Origin: a virus
Lineage: Duplodnaviria; Caudoviricetes
IMG/VR virus record: IMGVR_UViG_3300020044_006406
Location: 1-24,398 of that record
Length of the DNA: 24,398 nt
Strand: one strand, 5' to 3'
Each line of letters opens with the position of its first letter. The stretch's first letter is position 1. Below are positions 14,079-23,348 of this stretch, one piece after another. Under the pieces are notes generated by a model, which did no database searches, was not told the origin of the DNA, and saw only the letters and a list, made by a program, of their open reading frames with translations. The position numbers and the translations under genes are program-made.

Positions 14079-14668
14079 TTGTTTAAATGTATTAAATATG
14101 ATTTATAAGCTAAATATACTGCTTCAATTTGTTTAAATTCATCTGTATTTCTTTTTGTTTCGTAAATTTTATCTGATTCAAAGAATAAATCCCATTCTTC
14201 TATTGTTTTTATTTTACAACCAATTTTGATGTTATTATCTATAATTGAATGACTCCATTTACAAAAAATTGGTAAATCGGCTGAACGTAAATTGGCTGAA
14301 CTTAAATCGGCTGAACGTAAATTGGCTGAACGTAAATCGGCTGAATATAAATTGGCTGAACTTAAATCGGCTGAATATAAATTGGCTGAACGTAAATCGG
14401 CTGAACTTAAATCGGCTAAATATAAATTGGCTGAATATAAATTGGCTGAATATAAATTGGCTGAACGTAAATCGGCTGAACGTAAATTGGCTGAACGTAA
14501 ATCGGCTGAACGTAAATTGGCTGAACGTAAATTGGCTGAACGTAAATCGGCTGAACGTAAAGAAACTTTTTCTTTTACAGCTTTTTCAACTGTTTTTTTA
14601 ATTGTATTATTTTCACACTCATATTCAAAAATTAACTCTCCAAATATTGATTTTATTTCTATTTTCAT
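14075..14668 (-). CDS. Pentapeptide repeat protein
   Basis: 19 tandem A(D/N)L(R/Y/S)S units; C-terminal IKIGC...EEW domain. Confidence 0.93.
   Translation of the reverse strand: MKIEIKSIFGELIFEYECENNTIKKTVEKAVKEKVSLRSADLRSANLRSANLRSADLRSANLRSADLRSANLYSANLYSANLYLADLSSADLRSANLYSADLSSANLYSADLRSANLRSADLSSANLRSADLPIFCKWSHSIIDNNIKIGCKIKTIEEWDLFFESDKIYETKRNTDEFKQIEAVYLAYKSYLIHLNK
14273..14560. repeat. 15-bp tandem repeat x19 (coding)
   Basis: Minus-strand unit TTA-(CGT/TAT/AGT)-TCA-GCC-(G/A)AT. Confidence 0.95.
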
Positions 14669-14772
14669 TTCTTAATTCTTTCATAAGCGTTACACATTCT
14701 TTCGTTGTCGTGGTAATATATGGATTGGATTGTTTTTCTCATCCACTTGTCAAACTTTTTTATCTCTTTCAT
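14665..14772 (-). CDS. Small hypothetical protein (35 aa)
   Basis: Manual translation MKEIKKFDKWMRKTIQSIYYHDNERMCNAYERIKK*; overlaps both neighbours by start/stop. Confidence 0.6.
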   Translation of the reverse strand: MKEIKKFDKWMRKTIQSIYYHDNERMCNAYERIKK

Positions 14773-14960
14773 TATAAGTATTGTGCTAAAATTATTTGTT
14801 TATCTAACTGTTCTTCTGCTGATAACGAACCAAAGGTAATGAAATTTGCTTCAATTTTAGCTAATTCTTTTAAATGATTTTTAGCTATATCCAATTGCCT
14901 TTGTTGGCTATTCATTATTAATTCTAATGATTCTATTTGTTGTAGGATTATTTCTTCCAT
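14772..14960 (-). CDS. Hypothetical coiled-coil protein
   Basis: 62 aa; ITFG motif shared with the upstream gene. Confidence 0.7.
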   Translation of the reverse strand: MEEIILQQIESLELIMNSQQRQLDIAKNHLKELAKIEANFITFGSLSAEEQLDKQIILAQYL

Positions 14961-15199
14961 TATAGTTTATTTATTTCTTTAGTTAATGATTGTTTTAATT
15001 TAATAAGTTCTAATTCTAATGCAGTACTAATATTACCAAAAGTAATTTGTTCTTGTTCAATAACATTAATACGTTTGTTTATTTTGTAAATGTTTCCAGC
15101 TACAAAGTTTGTCATTTCGATGTAATCGTTCAATTCATCGTCATTAAATGTGTTTTCCACATACTCAATTAAATTTTCAAGTGTTGTTTGCATAAGCAT
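14960..15199 (-). CDS. Hypothetical protein, first gene of the leftward arm
   Basis: ORF with ATG at 15199 (alternative GTG at 15217); downstream of a TAGATTTG element. Confidence 0.7.
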   Translation of the reverse strand: MLMQTTLENLIEYVENTFNDDELNDYIEMTNFVAGNIYKINKRINVIEQEQITFGNISTALELELIKLKQSLTKEINKL

Positions 15200-15242
15200 A
15201 TATTTAAAGTCTGCCACAAATTTGCTTCCTTGACTTCGAGTA

Positions 15243-15250
15243 CAAATCTA
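15243..15250 (-). promoter_or_regulatory. Leftward promoter -7 element (TAGATTTG)
   Basis: Matches TAnnTTTG at the head of the leftward arm. Confidence 0.6.
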
Positions 15251-15393
15251 TATAAGATAATTAAATCCACAAAATAATTTAGAAAACTTTAACATATTTA
15301 TCGCACCATTCGCTTCGCAAACGCTGTTTTGTAGGAAAAAAGTATTGATAAGTGCCATATTTCAATTTTTAATAAAAAAAAGTGCGTTTTTAT

Positions 15394-15434
15394 ACCCCCC
15401 CCCTAAAAAGTGTATCAAGAAATAGGGGGGGGGT
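15394..15434. repeat. A-C9-TA / TA-G9-T inverted repeat in the divergent intergenic region
   Basis: 12-bp arms at 15394-15405 and 15423-15434 with a 17-bp spacer. Confidence 0.85.
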
Positions 15435-15511
15435 CTATTTCCTTTATTTTATAAAATATTATTATTATTAAAAAAAATATATATAATATATAATAGTATT
15501 AATTAATTTTG

Positions 15512-15519
15512 TAACTTTG
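15512..15519 (+). promoter_or_regulatory. Rightward promoter -7 element (TAACTTTG) for packaging genes
   Basis: TAnnTTTG 24 nt before the terS ATG; GTAACTTTGTA recurs before the capsid gene. Confidence 0.65.
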
Positions 15520-15543
15520 TAGCAATTATTATTAAATATAATT

Positions 15544-15984
15544 ATGGAAAGAGATAAAGTATTTTTGGATATTATTCAACAGATAGAGTTGGGTCGTTCA
15601 ATAAAGAATATATTAGATGGTGATGATTACCCAATCACACGAAGTACTTTCTACAACTGGTTAAATGAAAATCCCGATAGAATAGAATTATATAAGAAAG
15701 CTACTGAAATACGAGCTGATGGTATCTTTGACGATATGTTAGAGATTTCTGATGATGGTACTAAGGACTACTACTATGATGTTAATGGGAACAGACAACA
15801 AAGTATGGTAGCTGTAAACAGGTCAAGGTTGCAACTTGATACTCGTAAATGGGTATTGGGAAGGATGAACCCTAAAAAGTACAGCGAGAAGCTCGATATT
15901 ACTTCAGGAGGTGATAAATTGAAAGTAGTTCCGATTATAGGGATGCAGATTATTAACCAAGAGGAAGAAGAAGTTGCAGAATAA
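15544..15984 (+). CDS. terS: Terminase small subunit
   Basis: N-terminal HTH (TRSTFYNWL), EISDD, RSRLQLDTRKWVLGRMNPKKYSEK pattern; directly upstream of TerL. Confidence 0.9.
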   Translation: MERDKVFLDIIQQIELGRSIKNILDGDDYPITRSTFYNWLNENPDRIELYKKATEIRADGIFDDMLEISDDGTKDYYYDVNGNRQQSMVAVNRSRLQLDTRKWVLGRMNPKKYSEKLDITSGGDKLKVVPIIGMQIINQEEEEVAE

Positions 15985-17332
15985 AAGCCTATCATTAAAT
16001 GTTAGAGGTAATTTAAAGCAATTAGAAGCCATAAAGGCTTGGACTGATAAAACTACCATTGATATTGTGTATGGAGGCTCTAAAGGAAGCGGAAAGACTT
16101 TCATAGGTTGTTCTTTGATATGTGCAGATGCACTAATGTATCCTGAAACGCATTATTTTATTGCGAGAAAGACATTAGCAGATTTACGAAAATTTACTAT
16201 TCCTTCAATTCAAGAGGTTTTGAGTGGATGGGGAATAACAGAGGATTATTATAGCTTCAATGGTCAAGACAACTATTTTAAGTTTCATAATAAATCTAAG
16301 ATATTTTTGATTGATGCGAAGTATTTGCCAAGCGACCCAAACTATATGCGATTTGGAGGTATGCAGAATACTCGTGGATGGATAGAAGAAGCTGGGGAGT
16401 TTGACATTGAGTGTAAGAATAACTTACAAGCGAGTATAGGGCGTTGGAAGAATAAGGAATATGACCTGTCGCCAAAGTTGCTACAAACGTGTAACCCCAG
16501 CAAGAATTATTTGTACAAGGATTATTATAAAGCGACAATTGATAGAACTATTCCAAGTCATATGAAGTTCATTCAGGCATTGCCAACAGATAATAAGACA
16601 TTGCCAGTTGATTACGTTCCTAACTTAATGAAAATATTAAGCCATAACGAAGTTCAAAGGCTTGTGTATGGGAATTGGGAGTTTGATGATAATCCTTATG
16701 CGATGTTTGAGTATTCAGATATTCTTGGATTGTACACCAATGAGTTTATAAAGCCTACTCAAGATAGGTATATGACTTGTGATATTGCTTATACAGGTTC
16801 GGATAAGTTTGTTATTGTTATTTGGGCAGGATTTGTAGCATTGAAGATAATTGCCATTGATAAGATTGACGATACGATGGTGAGTAAGAAAATAAATGAG
16901 TTACGCATAGAGAATAGAGTGCCTTTGAAAAATGTGATATATGATGCTGATGGATTGCAGACATTTACAAGGGCATCAACAAAGTTAGGTAATTTAGTAG
17001 GAGCAACTCCATTTAACAATAATGGTAAGCCAATAAAGATGCACGGTAAAACGGAGAACTTTAAGAATTTAAAGGCACAATGTTACTGGTACTTTGCAGA
17101 AGCAGTTAAGGATTCTAAGATGTTTATTCAAGAGGATAAATACAGGAAGCAAGTGATTGAGGAGTTAGAGCAGATAAATAGACAGCCATTGCAGGATGAT
17201 GGTAAAATAGCGTTAGAGAAAAAAGAGGAGATAAAAAAGAGGATAGGTCGTTCTCCCGATTTTGCTGATGCACTTATGATGAGATTTTTCTTTGAATTGA
17301 AAGGTAAGCCGAGATTACGAATAATTTGGTAA
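15974..17332 (+). CDS. terL: Terminase large subunit
   Basis: Walker A YGGSKGSGKT, Walker B GWIEEAGE, TCNP, GNWEF, nuclease DIA...D and SPDFADAL; TTG start. Confidence 0.95.
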   Translation: MQNKSLSLNVRGNLKQLEAIKAWTDKTTIDIVYGGSKGSGKTFIGCSLICADALMYPETHYFIARKTLADLRKFTIPSIQEVLSGWGITEDYYSFNGQDNYFKFHNKSKIFLIDAKYLPSDPNYMRFGGMQNTRGWIEEAGEFDIECKNNLQASIGRWKNKEYDLSPKLLQTCNPSKNYLYKDYYKATIDRTIPSHMKFIQALPTDNKTLPVDYVPNLMKILSHNEVQRLVYGNWEFDDNPYAMFEYSDILGLYTNEFIKPTQDRYMTCDIAYTGSDKFVIVIWAGFVALKIIAIDKIDDTMVSKKINELRIENRVPLKNVIYDADGLQTFTRASTKLGNLVGATPFNNNGKPIKMHGKTENFKNLKAQCYWYFAEAVKDSKMFIQEDKYRKQVIEELEQINRQPLQDDGKIALEKKEEIKKRIGRSPDFADALMMRFFFELKGKPRLRIIW

Positions 17333-17342
17333 ATAAATAACT

Positions 17343-18980
17343 ATGATATTTAAAAACAACGAAGAAGCCATATCGGCTATTAAGAGTAATCTTAAAATCA
17401 ATGAAGAATTTGTCGAAATGCGTGAATGTTCTGATGAACTAAAAGCGTTAGTAAATGGAGATGACTTCATAGAGGAGCTTATAGAGAACATAGAAGGAAT
17501 TGAGAGTAATGTAAAAGCAGAAGCAAGGAGAAAATACTCAAGAAGCATCAAAGACTTATTCGGAAGAATATTTCAGCCTATCGATAATATTTATTACGCT
17601 ACTGGAGGGATAAAAGACTACGACATTTTAAACCCTAAAATTAAAGCAGATTTCTTAAATAAAATTGCAAGTGTTAGAGATGGGAAGTCTTTAACGGAAT
17701 GGGTACAAGACTACGCAATTAAATTAATGAACACAGACCCTAATGGATTGATGTTCTTAGAATATACTACTGAACCCGAAGTAGATATTTATCCAACTTA
17801 CAAATCTATTGACAGTATTCGTTATTACGAGTCAAGAGGACAGATGGTCGAGTATGTAATATTTGAACCAAAGAGATTAGACAACAGACAATTTTGGAGA
17901 GTAGTTGATGATTTGACAGACAGAACATTTGAGCAAGTGGGTAGTGCATTTAACATTATACCTGAATTAACATTTGAGCATCCATTTGGTCAAGTACCTG
18001 CGCTTATCTGTTCTAACATTCAAATTCCAGCAGAGGAGGAGAGATTATCAGCCATTGATAACATTATAGACATCTCCAAAGAATATGCTCGTGACCAATC
18101 ATTCTTAACATTATATAAAATTTACAAAGCCAATCCAATCTTTTGGAAATACGTTCAGTATTGTGGCGACTGTGGAGGAACAGGTAAAGTAGAGGAAGAA
18201 ACTTGTACTACTTGTGATGGTCACGGTAAAATGATGGGTAAAAGCGATGTAACAGGTGTTGTTGAGTTACCTATTCCTGACGACAGAGATACTCCAGTTA
18301 TCGCACCAAACATTGCAGGATTTATATCTCCTGATTTAGATGTGTGGAAACAATACTCAGAAGAATTGAATTTACTTGAGGAGAAGATGTATAAAACACA
18401 TTGGGGAACAAGTTATGGTATTCAGAATATGAACAATGTAGAGAAAACAGCTACTGAAATAATTTACAACAAACAACCATTAGAAAATCAACTTAACAAA
18501 TATGCTGACTTTATAGAATATGTTGAGTGGAAGTTCTGCGAATGGATATTAAACTTTTATGACTTAGGAAAAAGCAGAAGTGAAAGTAGAATAACAATTA
18601 ATTTAGGTCGTAGATATATCGTTGAAGGTTATGACACATTATTGGAAAGATACGAGATGTCTGTTAAGGCTGAAGAAAATAGTGTGGTGTTGGATAAGCT
18701 GTTTAGTGAGTATTTATCGGCAAAATATAGAAATAATCCAATTGATTTGCAAATTAATCTCGTAAAAATGCGAATCGAACCATATTTACACTTACCTTTA
18801 CAAACAGTTTTAAGTATCTTTGGAAACGAAGAAGCACAAAGAAAAGTATTATATCAAAAATGGTGGCAGACAGTTACAGATTATAGCAAGTCAGAAGAAG
18901 TATTGACTGCTGAATTTAATAGCTGGTTTGAATTAAATAAAAAGGTTGTAGCACCGCCAGTTGCACCAATAACTAAATAA
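17343..18980 (+). CDS. Portal protein with DnaJ-type zinc-finger insert
   Basis: Position after TerL, size 545 aa, HPFGQVP and KTATEI motifs; CGDCGGTG...CTTCDGHG. Confidence 0.8.
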   Translation: MIFKNNEEAISAIKSNLKINEEFVEMRECSDELKALVNGDDFIEELIENIEGIESNVKAEARRKYSRSIKDLFGRIFQPIDNIYYATGGIKDYDILNPKIKADFLNKIASVRDGKSLTEWVQDYAIKLMNTDPNGLMFLEYTTEPEVDIYPTYKSIDSIRYYESRGQMVEYVIFEPKRLDNRQFWRVVDDLTDRTFEQVGSAFNIIPELTFEHPFGQVPALICSNIQIPAEEERLSAIDNIIDISKEYARDQSFLTLYKIYKANPIFWKYVQYCGDCGGTGKVEEETCTTCDGHGKMMGKSDVTGVVELPIPDDRDTPVIAPNIAGFISPDLDVWKQYSEELNLLEEKMYKTHWGTSYGIQNMNNVEKTATEIIYNKQPLENQLNKYADFIEYVEWKFCEWILNFYDLGKSRSESRITINLGRRYIVEGYDTLLERYEMSVKAEENSVVLDKLFSEYLSAKYRNNPIDLQINLVKMRIEPYLHLPLQTVLSIFGNEEAQRKVLYQKWWQTVTDYSKSEEVLTAEFNSWFELNKKVVAPPVAPITK

Positions 18981-18987
18981 AAATTAT

Positions 18988-19323
18988 ATGAGTCAAGTTG
19001 CAGTTTACGTATTACACAAATTAGGCAGAGAGGGAAATGGATTTAACAAGGACTACAAATTATCAGTAGAAAGACCTCCGCATTTAGTACACATTACTTT
19101 TGCAGACACAACGAATGACAATTGCAGGATTAATGGATTATGGTATGAGAAAGACGAAAAACTTACTAAATTACATTTAGAAGGAAAAGACTTTTTAGAA
19201 GTACAAGAGGAAGTACCAAGTAAAGATGAGTTAATTAAAGAATACGAATTGCTATCAGGAGAGAAAGCAAAACCTATTTGGGGCGTAAACAAATTAACTG
19301 AAGAAATAACCAAACTAAAGTAA
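18988..19323 (+). CDS. Head-module hypothetical protein with C-terminal helix-extension-helix-like motif
   Basis: SKDELIKEYELLSGEKAKPIWGVNKLTEEI. Confidence 0.7.
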   Translation: MSQVAVYVLHKLGREGNGFNKDYKLSVERPPHLVHITFADTTNDNCRINGLWYEKDEKLTKLHLEGKDFLEVQEEVPSKDELIKEYELLSGEKAKPIWGVNKLTEEITKLK

Positions 19324-19324
19324 T

Positions 19325-20116
19325 ATGGCGTTAGACAACATCGCAGAAATCGAAACCACATTAGGAATTGAAAGTGGTAAGTTAATCGAAATGATAAATA
19401 GTGAAGAAGCGTTTTCAGTAGATTTATCAGAAAAAGTATTCTTGAGTAAAACCGCTTATGAGGAGCGAATTGCAAATATCAAGAAAGAAAGTGCAACAGT
19501 AGCAATTGAAACTGCTGTAAAAGAACAAAGAAACAATCTTGGATTAGATTTTCAAGGAAAAACAATTGAGAATTTAGTAAGTGCTATTAAAGCAAAGTCA
19601 GAGTCTGAAAGCAAGATTGAGCCTGAGGAAAAATACAAAACTTTAAAATCTGAGTTTGATGGATTAGTTTCTAAATTAAATGAAAAAGATGCTGAATTTA
19701 ATTCATTCAAAACAAAGATTGAACAAACAAATACATTGAATGAAATTAAAAACGAGTTTACGAAATATATTCCTGACAATGTATTGGTGTCTAAATCTAC
19801 AATTTTTACTGAAGCAAAAGAAAAAGGATTCTCTTTTGAAAAAGAAGATGGTAATGTAGTAGTAAAGGATTCAAATGGTAACATTTTAAAAGATGATAAC
19901 TACTCTCCAATAACTGTAAAGGATTGGGTATCTAATTTCTCAACACCATATTTAGCTAAAGTTGAAGGTGGAGCTGGAAAAGGAGATGATACTGGAGAAG
20001 GTAAAGCTGGAAGTTTTGAAGCGTTTATGAAAGAGTCTGAAAGAAATAATTGGGATGCTTCTAAACAAAATTCAGAGATGGCTAAACGTATTTCTAATGG
20101 AACGTTGAAAATATGA
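19325..20116 (+). CDS. Putative capsid scaffolding protein
   Basis: Charged coiled-coil with a Gly-rich linker near the C-terminus; lies between portal and capsid. Confidence 0.7.
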   Translation: MALDNIAEIETTLGIESGKLIEMINSEEAFSVDLSEKVFLSKTAYEERIANIKKESATVAIETAVKEQRNNLGLDFQGKTIENLVSAIKAKSESESKIEPEEKYKTLKSEFDGLVSKLNEKDAEFNSFKTKIEQTNTLNEIKNEFTKYIPDNVLVSKSTIFTEAKEKGFSFEKEDGNVVVKDSNGNILKDDNYSPITVKDWVSNFSTPYLAKVEGGAGKGDDTGEGKAGSFEAFMKESERNNWDASKQNSEMAKRISNGTLKI

Positions 20117-20277
20117 GAAGGCTAATTGAATGGTTCTTTTCTCTATTCATAAGTAAATCTAAAATAGAAGCGTTAAAAAAAGAAGCAGCAAAAGAACTTG
20201 GCAGAGAGTATCTTGAGTACAAAAACAAAGTTTATTTTAATAAATTAAGTAGAAATGCCACTAAAAAAAGGTTATAG
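20113..20277 (+). CDS. Small hypothetical protein (54 aa)
   Basis: Manual translation MRRLIEWFFSLFISKSKIEALKKEAAKELGREYLEYKNKVYFNKLSRNATKKRL*; ATGA overlap. Confidence 0.6.
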   Translation: MRRLIEWFFSLFISKSKIEALKKEAAKELGREYLEYKNKVYFNKLSRNATKKRL

Positions 20278-20398
20278 CAAGAAATCAATAAGTTCTAATA
20301 TTAGAACTGAAATGAAACGTGGAAAAAGTCAGAAGCAATCAGTTGCAATTGCTCTTAGCGTAGCTCGTAAAGCTAAAATGAAAGCTAAGAAGAAGTAA
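20255..20398 (+). CDS. Small highly basic phage protein (MPLKKG...KQxVAIA family), 47 aa
   Basis: Manual translation MPLKKGYSKKSISSNIRTEMKRGKSQKQSVAIALSVARKAKMKAKKK*. Confidence 0.8.
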   Translation: MPLKKGYSKKSISSNIRTEMKRGKSQKQSVAIALSVARKAKMKAKKK

Positions 20399-20424
20399 GT
20401 TACGCATTAATTAATGCGTAAAAT

Positions 20425-20466
20425 AAAAAAAATCCCTTACGAATTAAAAACTTGTAGGGGATTTTT
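20425..20466. terminator. Intrinsic terminator, likely bidirectional
   Basis: A-run, ATCCCTTACGA / TTGTAGGGGAT stem, then TTTT. Confidence 0.75.
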
Positions 20467-20468
20467 CG

Positions 20469-20476
20469 TAACTTTG
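20469..20476 (+). promoter_or_regulatory. Capsid promoter -7 element (TAACTTTG)
   Basis: TAnnTTTG immediately after the terminator. Confidence 0.65.
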
Positions 20477-20559
20477 TATCACTTTGGCGGTAGTTGGAGG
20501 GAATCGGGCGGTATGCTCATAAACAAAAAAAGAGTATTATCAATTAAAATTTAAACAAA

Positions 20560-21591
20560 ATGCCGAACAAAGTCTCCGCAAATTTAGTAAAAGCTCAAGC
20601 AAGATTGCTTGGAGCATTCCAATCTTCTGAATTAAGATTCAGATACCCAGCTACTTATTTAGCACTTAAACGTAATTCACCTATTATGTTCCCTAACTAC
20701 GATGAACTTCGTACAAGAGAGGACAGAACAGTAGAAACAAACTTCATCGCAAGAGCAAAACGTTCTCTTGGAACAGGTGGTAGAACCCACAATCACACTG
20801 GTGTGAAACAAGATTCAGCAATACTAACTCCATCTTGGACTCAGTATTCTGATAAATTCAATATGTCATTGAAACAAGCTGACAACTCTTTGTTTAATGC
20901 AGATGAGCAATTGTTCAACGAAATTTCAAATGCAGTATCTAACTTTATGGAAGGATATGAAACAGCTGCTACTTCTTACATCTTTACAAACAGAAGTGCT
21001 GTTGTTGCTACAACTCCTGAATGTACGTTTATTACTGCTGGTACAGTAAATGCTTACGAAATTGCTTCTGCTAACGAAAGTAGAGCTATGCAAATCACTA
21101 AGATTGCGATGATGGCTAACAAATATCCTGAAGGATATACTATTTTCTGTGATTCAGTTGCTTACGCTAAATTTGAGTATCAAGCTGCTCAAGGTATTTC
21201 TAACTCTGCTAACTTGTCATTCCAATTCAATGGAGTAACATTTGTTCACTCAGTAGAACTTAATGCTCTTGCAATTGCAGTAAAAGCTGGTCATACAAAA
21301 GGATATTGGATTGTAGTTCCTGATGGAACTGTATCTACATTGCCTTGGATTCCTAAACAAAACAGAGTTGGAGTTGATACAGTAGTAGGTAACTACTCTA
21401 ATATCATCAACCCTATCGATGGAGAATCTTACGCATTGCATACTTATGTAACTGCTGCTGATGATAGTGCAAATAATGGTTATACTCAAGACGTTGTTAC
21501 TCAATACGAAATATCTCAAGATATGTCATTTGCTAAAGCTCCACTTACAGTATCAACTGAAACTCCTATCATTGCTTTTGCAATTATCTAA
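20560..21591 (+). CDS. Major capsid protein (putative)
   Basis: 343 aa after the scaffold, own promoter, Ala/Thr-rich; assigned from synteny. Confidence 0.75.
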   Translation: MPNKVSANLVKAQARLLGAFQSSELRFRYPATYLALKRNSPIMFPNYDELRTREDRTVETNFIARAKRSLGTGGRTHNHTGVKQDSAILTPSWTQYSDKFNMSLKQADNSLFNADEQLFNEISNAVSNFMEGYETAATSYIFTNRSAVVATTPECTFITAGTVNAYEIASANESRAMQITKIAMMANKYPEGYTIFCDSVAYAKFEYQAAQGISNSANLSFQFNGVTFVHSVELNALAIAVKAGHTKGYWIVVPDGTVSTLPWIPKQNRVGVDTVVGNYSNIINPIDGESYALHTYVTAADDSANNGYTQDVVTQYEISQDMSFAKAPLTVSTETPIIAFAII

Positions 21592-21594
21592 TAG

Positions 21595-22668
21595 ATGATA
21601 AACATCACTAAAATACAAACAGCGTTATCGGGACTTGTAGGGTTTAAACAGCCTTACAATCCTGATTATGCTATTGTAGATTCAACAAATCAAGCAAGTT
21701 CTTCAGGTTATTACATAACGGATAATCCGTATGCTAAAATTGAATACATAAAGGACAACCAAGATTACGTTGATATATCTACAACAGATTTCAATTCGTT
21801 ACTTACTGACATTAAAAAATCTTCAGTAGCAAGTGTTTGTAATCAAGTATTTAGCGATTATGATTTCATTGATAGAACATTATTGTTCAAAAATGCTTCT
21901 AATAAAATAGAAGTAGAAACATTACCAACAGGATTTGTCGGGTATCATATTAGAGTAACAGGTCAGAAAAATGTGGCTTTTAAAATAAGTCGTGTGTTAC
22001 TCGATTTTCAAGGTACAGGAAGTTTTACTTTACTACTTTGGAATACTGCAAAGAAGGCAGCGATACAATCTAAGGTAATAACAATTACAACCGACCATCA
22101 AGAAGTAGTACTTGACTGGGTTATAGACAATTCAGACACCACTTACAAAGGAGAGTACTATATCGGGTATATTAATAACTCGCTTACTGTAACTCCGTAT
22201 AAAAGAGAGTGGAACTCAGGCAATGTCTTATCAAACCCAACCTACTTAAAAGTTGAAAGAGTGAAAGTGCCAAATCATTTGACTACTACACTATTCGATT
22301 TAGATGATGTTGATGGATTGTCAGAAGATTCAGGATTGAATTTAGACATATCGGTTTACGAAGATTATACTGATTTCATTATAAATAACAAAATGATTTT
22401 CGCAAGAGCGATTCAGATTGAAGGTATTATTGGTTGTATTCAACTATACGTATCATCATTAAGAAGTAACTCAAACCAATCTCAATCAGCTCAGTTATAT
22501 GAGAAATTAATGATTGAATTAAAAGGTACAGGTAGCGAAAGCATTGTTAAAGTAATCGGTTTAGAGAATCAGTTGTTAGGAGAGATTGCTTCTATAAGAA
22601 CAGAAATAGGTAAGTTAAAAAAAGGTTTAGTTAAACAAAATCAAGTCTTTGCTTATACATTAAGATAA
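21595..22668 (+). CDS. Virion structural protein (head-tail adaptor-like)
   Basis: Synteny after the capsid; helical termini flanking a beta-rich centre. Confidence 0.55.
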   Translation: MINITKIQTALSGLVGFKQPYNPDYAIVDSTNQASSSGYYITDNPYAKIEYIKDNQDYVDISTTDFNSLLTDIKKSSVASVCNQVFSDYDFIDRTLLFKNASNKIEVETLPTGFVGYHIRVTGQKNVAFKISRVLLDFQGTGSFTLLLWNTAKKAAIQSKVITITTDHQEVVLDWVIDNSDTTYKGEYYIGYINNSLTVTPYKREWNSGNVLSNPTYLKVERVKVPNHLTTTLFDLDDVDGLSEDSGLNLDISVYEDYTDFIINNKMIFARAIQIEGIIGCIQLYVSSLRSNSNQSQSAQLYEKLMIELKGTGSESIVKVIGLENQLLGEIASIRTEIGKLKKGLVKQNQVFAYTLR

Positions 22669-23186
22669 TGGCAAACTATATAAAAACAAATCCAGTTGGA
22701 TTAGACAAAGTTATAGATATAATCCAAAAGAGATTGTATGACAAACTAACTCCATTATGGAATGTAAAATTAGAAGGATATCCGAGATGTTATGAGATTA
22801 AAAGAGCTAAGAAAACAACTGTTGAGCATTACAAAGGAAAGGGTGAATACGAATCATTAATTCATAGTGATACAAATAAATTCTTCTTTGTAGTAAAAGA
22901 TAATATAAAACAAGTTAGTTACACTACTTACAATGCGGTTATAGAATTGTATTTTATTTTAAATATACAGGACTGCAAACCATCTATTCATCATAGAGCA
23001 GATGAGGAAGTAAGGAACGAGGTTATAACTGTGTTATCCACAATTGGGGTTGCTGATGCTTTAAAAACAATTATAATTGATACGCCTTCGGTATTTAGAG
23101 GGTACGATTACGAATTGTTAAATGATATGCATCCTCACGATTGTTTCAAGGTTATTTTTGAGATAAGAGATTTTAAATTAAAGTAG
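22668..23186 (+). CDS. Putative neck/tail-completion protein
   Basis: 172 aa between adaptor and tail tube; synteny only. Confidence 0.5.
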   Translation: MANYIKTNPVGLDKVIDIIQKRLYDKLTPLWNVKLEGYPRCYEIKRAKKTTVEHYKGKGEYESLIHSDTNKFFFVVKDNIKQVSYTTYNAVIELYFILNIQDCKPSIHHRADEEVRNEVITVLSTIGVADALKTIIIDTPSVFRGYDYELLNDMHPHDCFKVIFEIRDFKLK

Positions 23187-23348
23187 ATGGAATACAAAGT
23201 AATTAAGCCATTTACATTTGACAAATATTACAACAAAGGAGAAGTAATTAATCTCCATACAAAACAATTAATAAAACGTTTAATTAATAACAAATACATA
23301 GAAAAAAATGCCATTAGCAAATCAAATTATAGTAGTTCCAAGCTCTAA
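23187..23348 (+). CDS. Small hypothetical protein (53 aa)
   Basis: Manual translation MEYKVIKPFTFDKYYNKGEVINLHTKQLIKRLINNKYIEKNAISKSNYSSSKL*. Confidence 0.6.
   Translation: MEYKVIKPFTFDKYYNKGEVINLHTKQLIKRLINNKYIEKNAISKSNYSSSKL

Noticed and set aside
14245-14675. Plus-strand ORFs 14245-14601 and 14292-14675; CRISPR-like appearance of the repeat
   Set aside because: Stop-free shadows of the 15-bp coding repeat; units are contiguous with no unique spacers.
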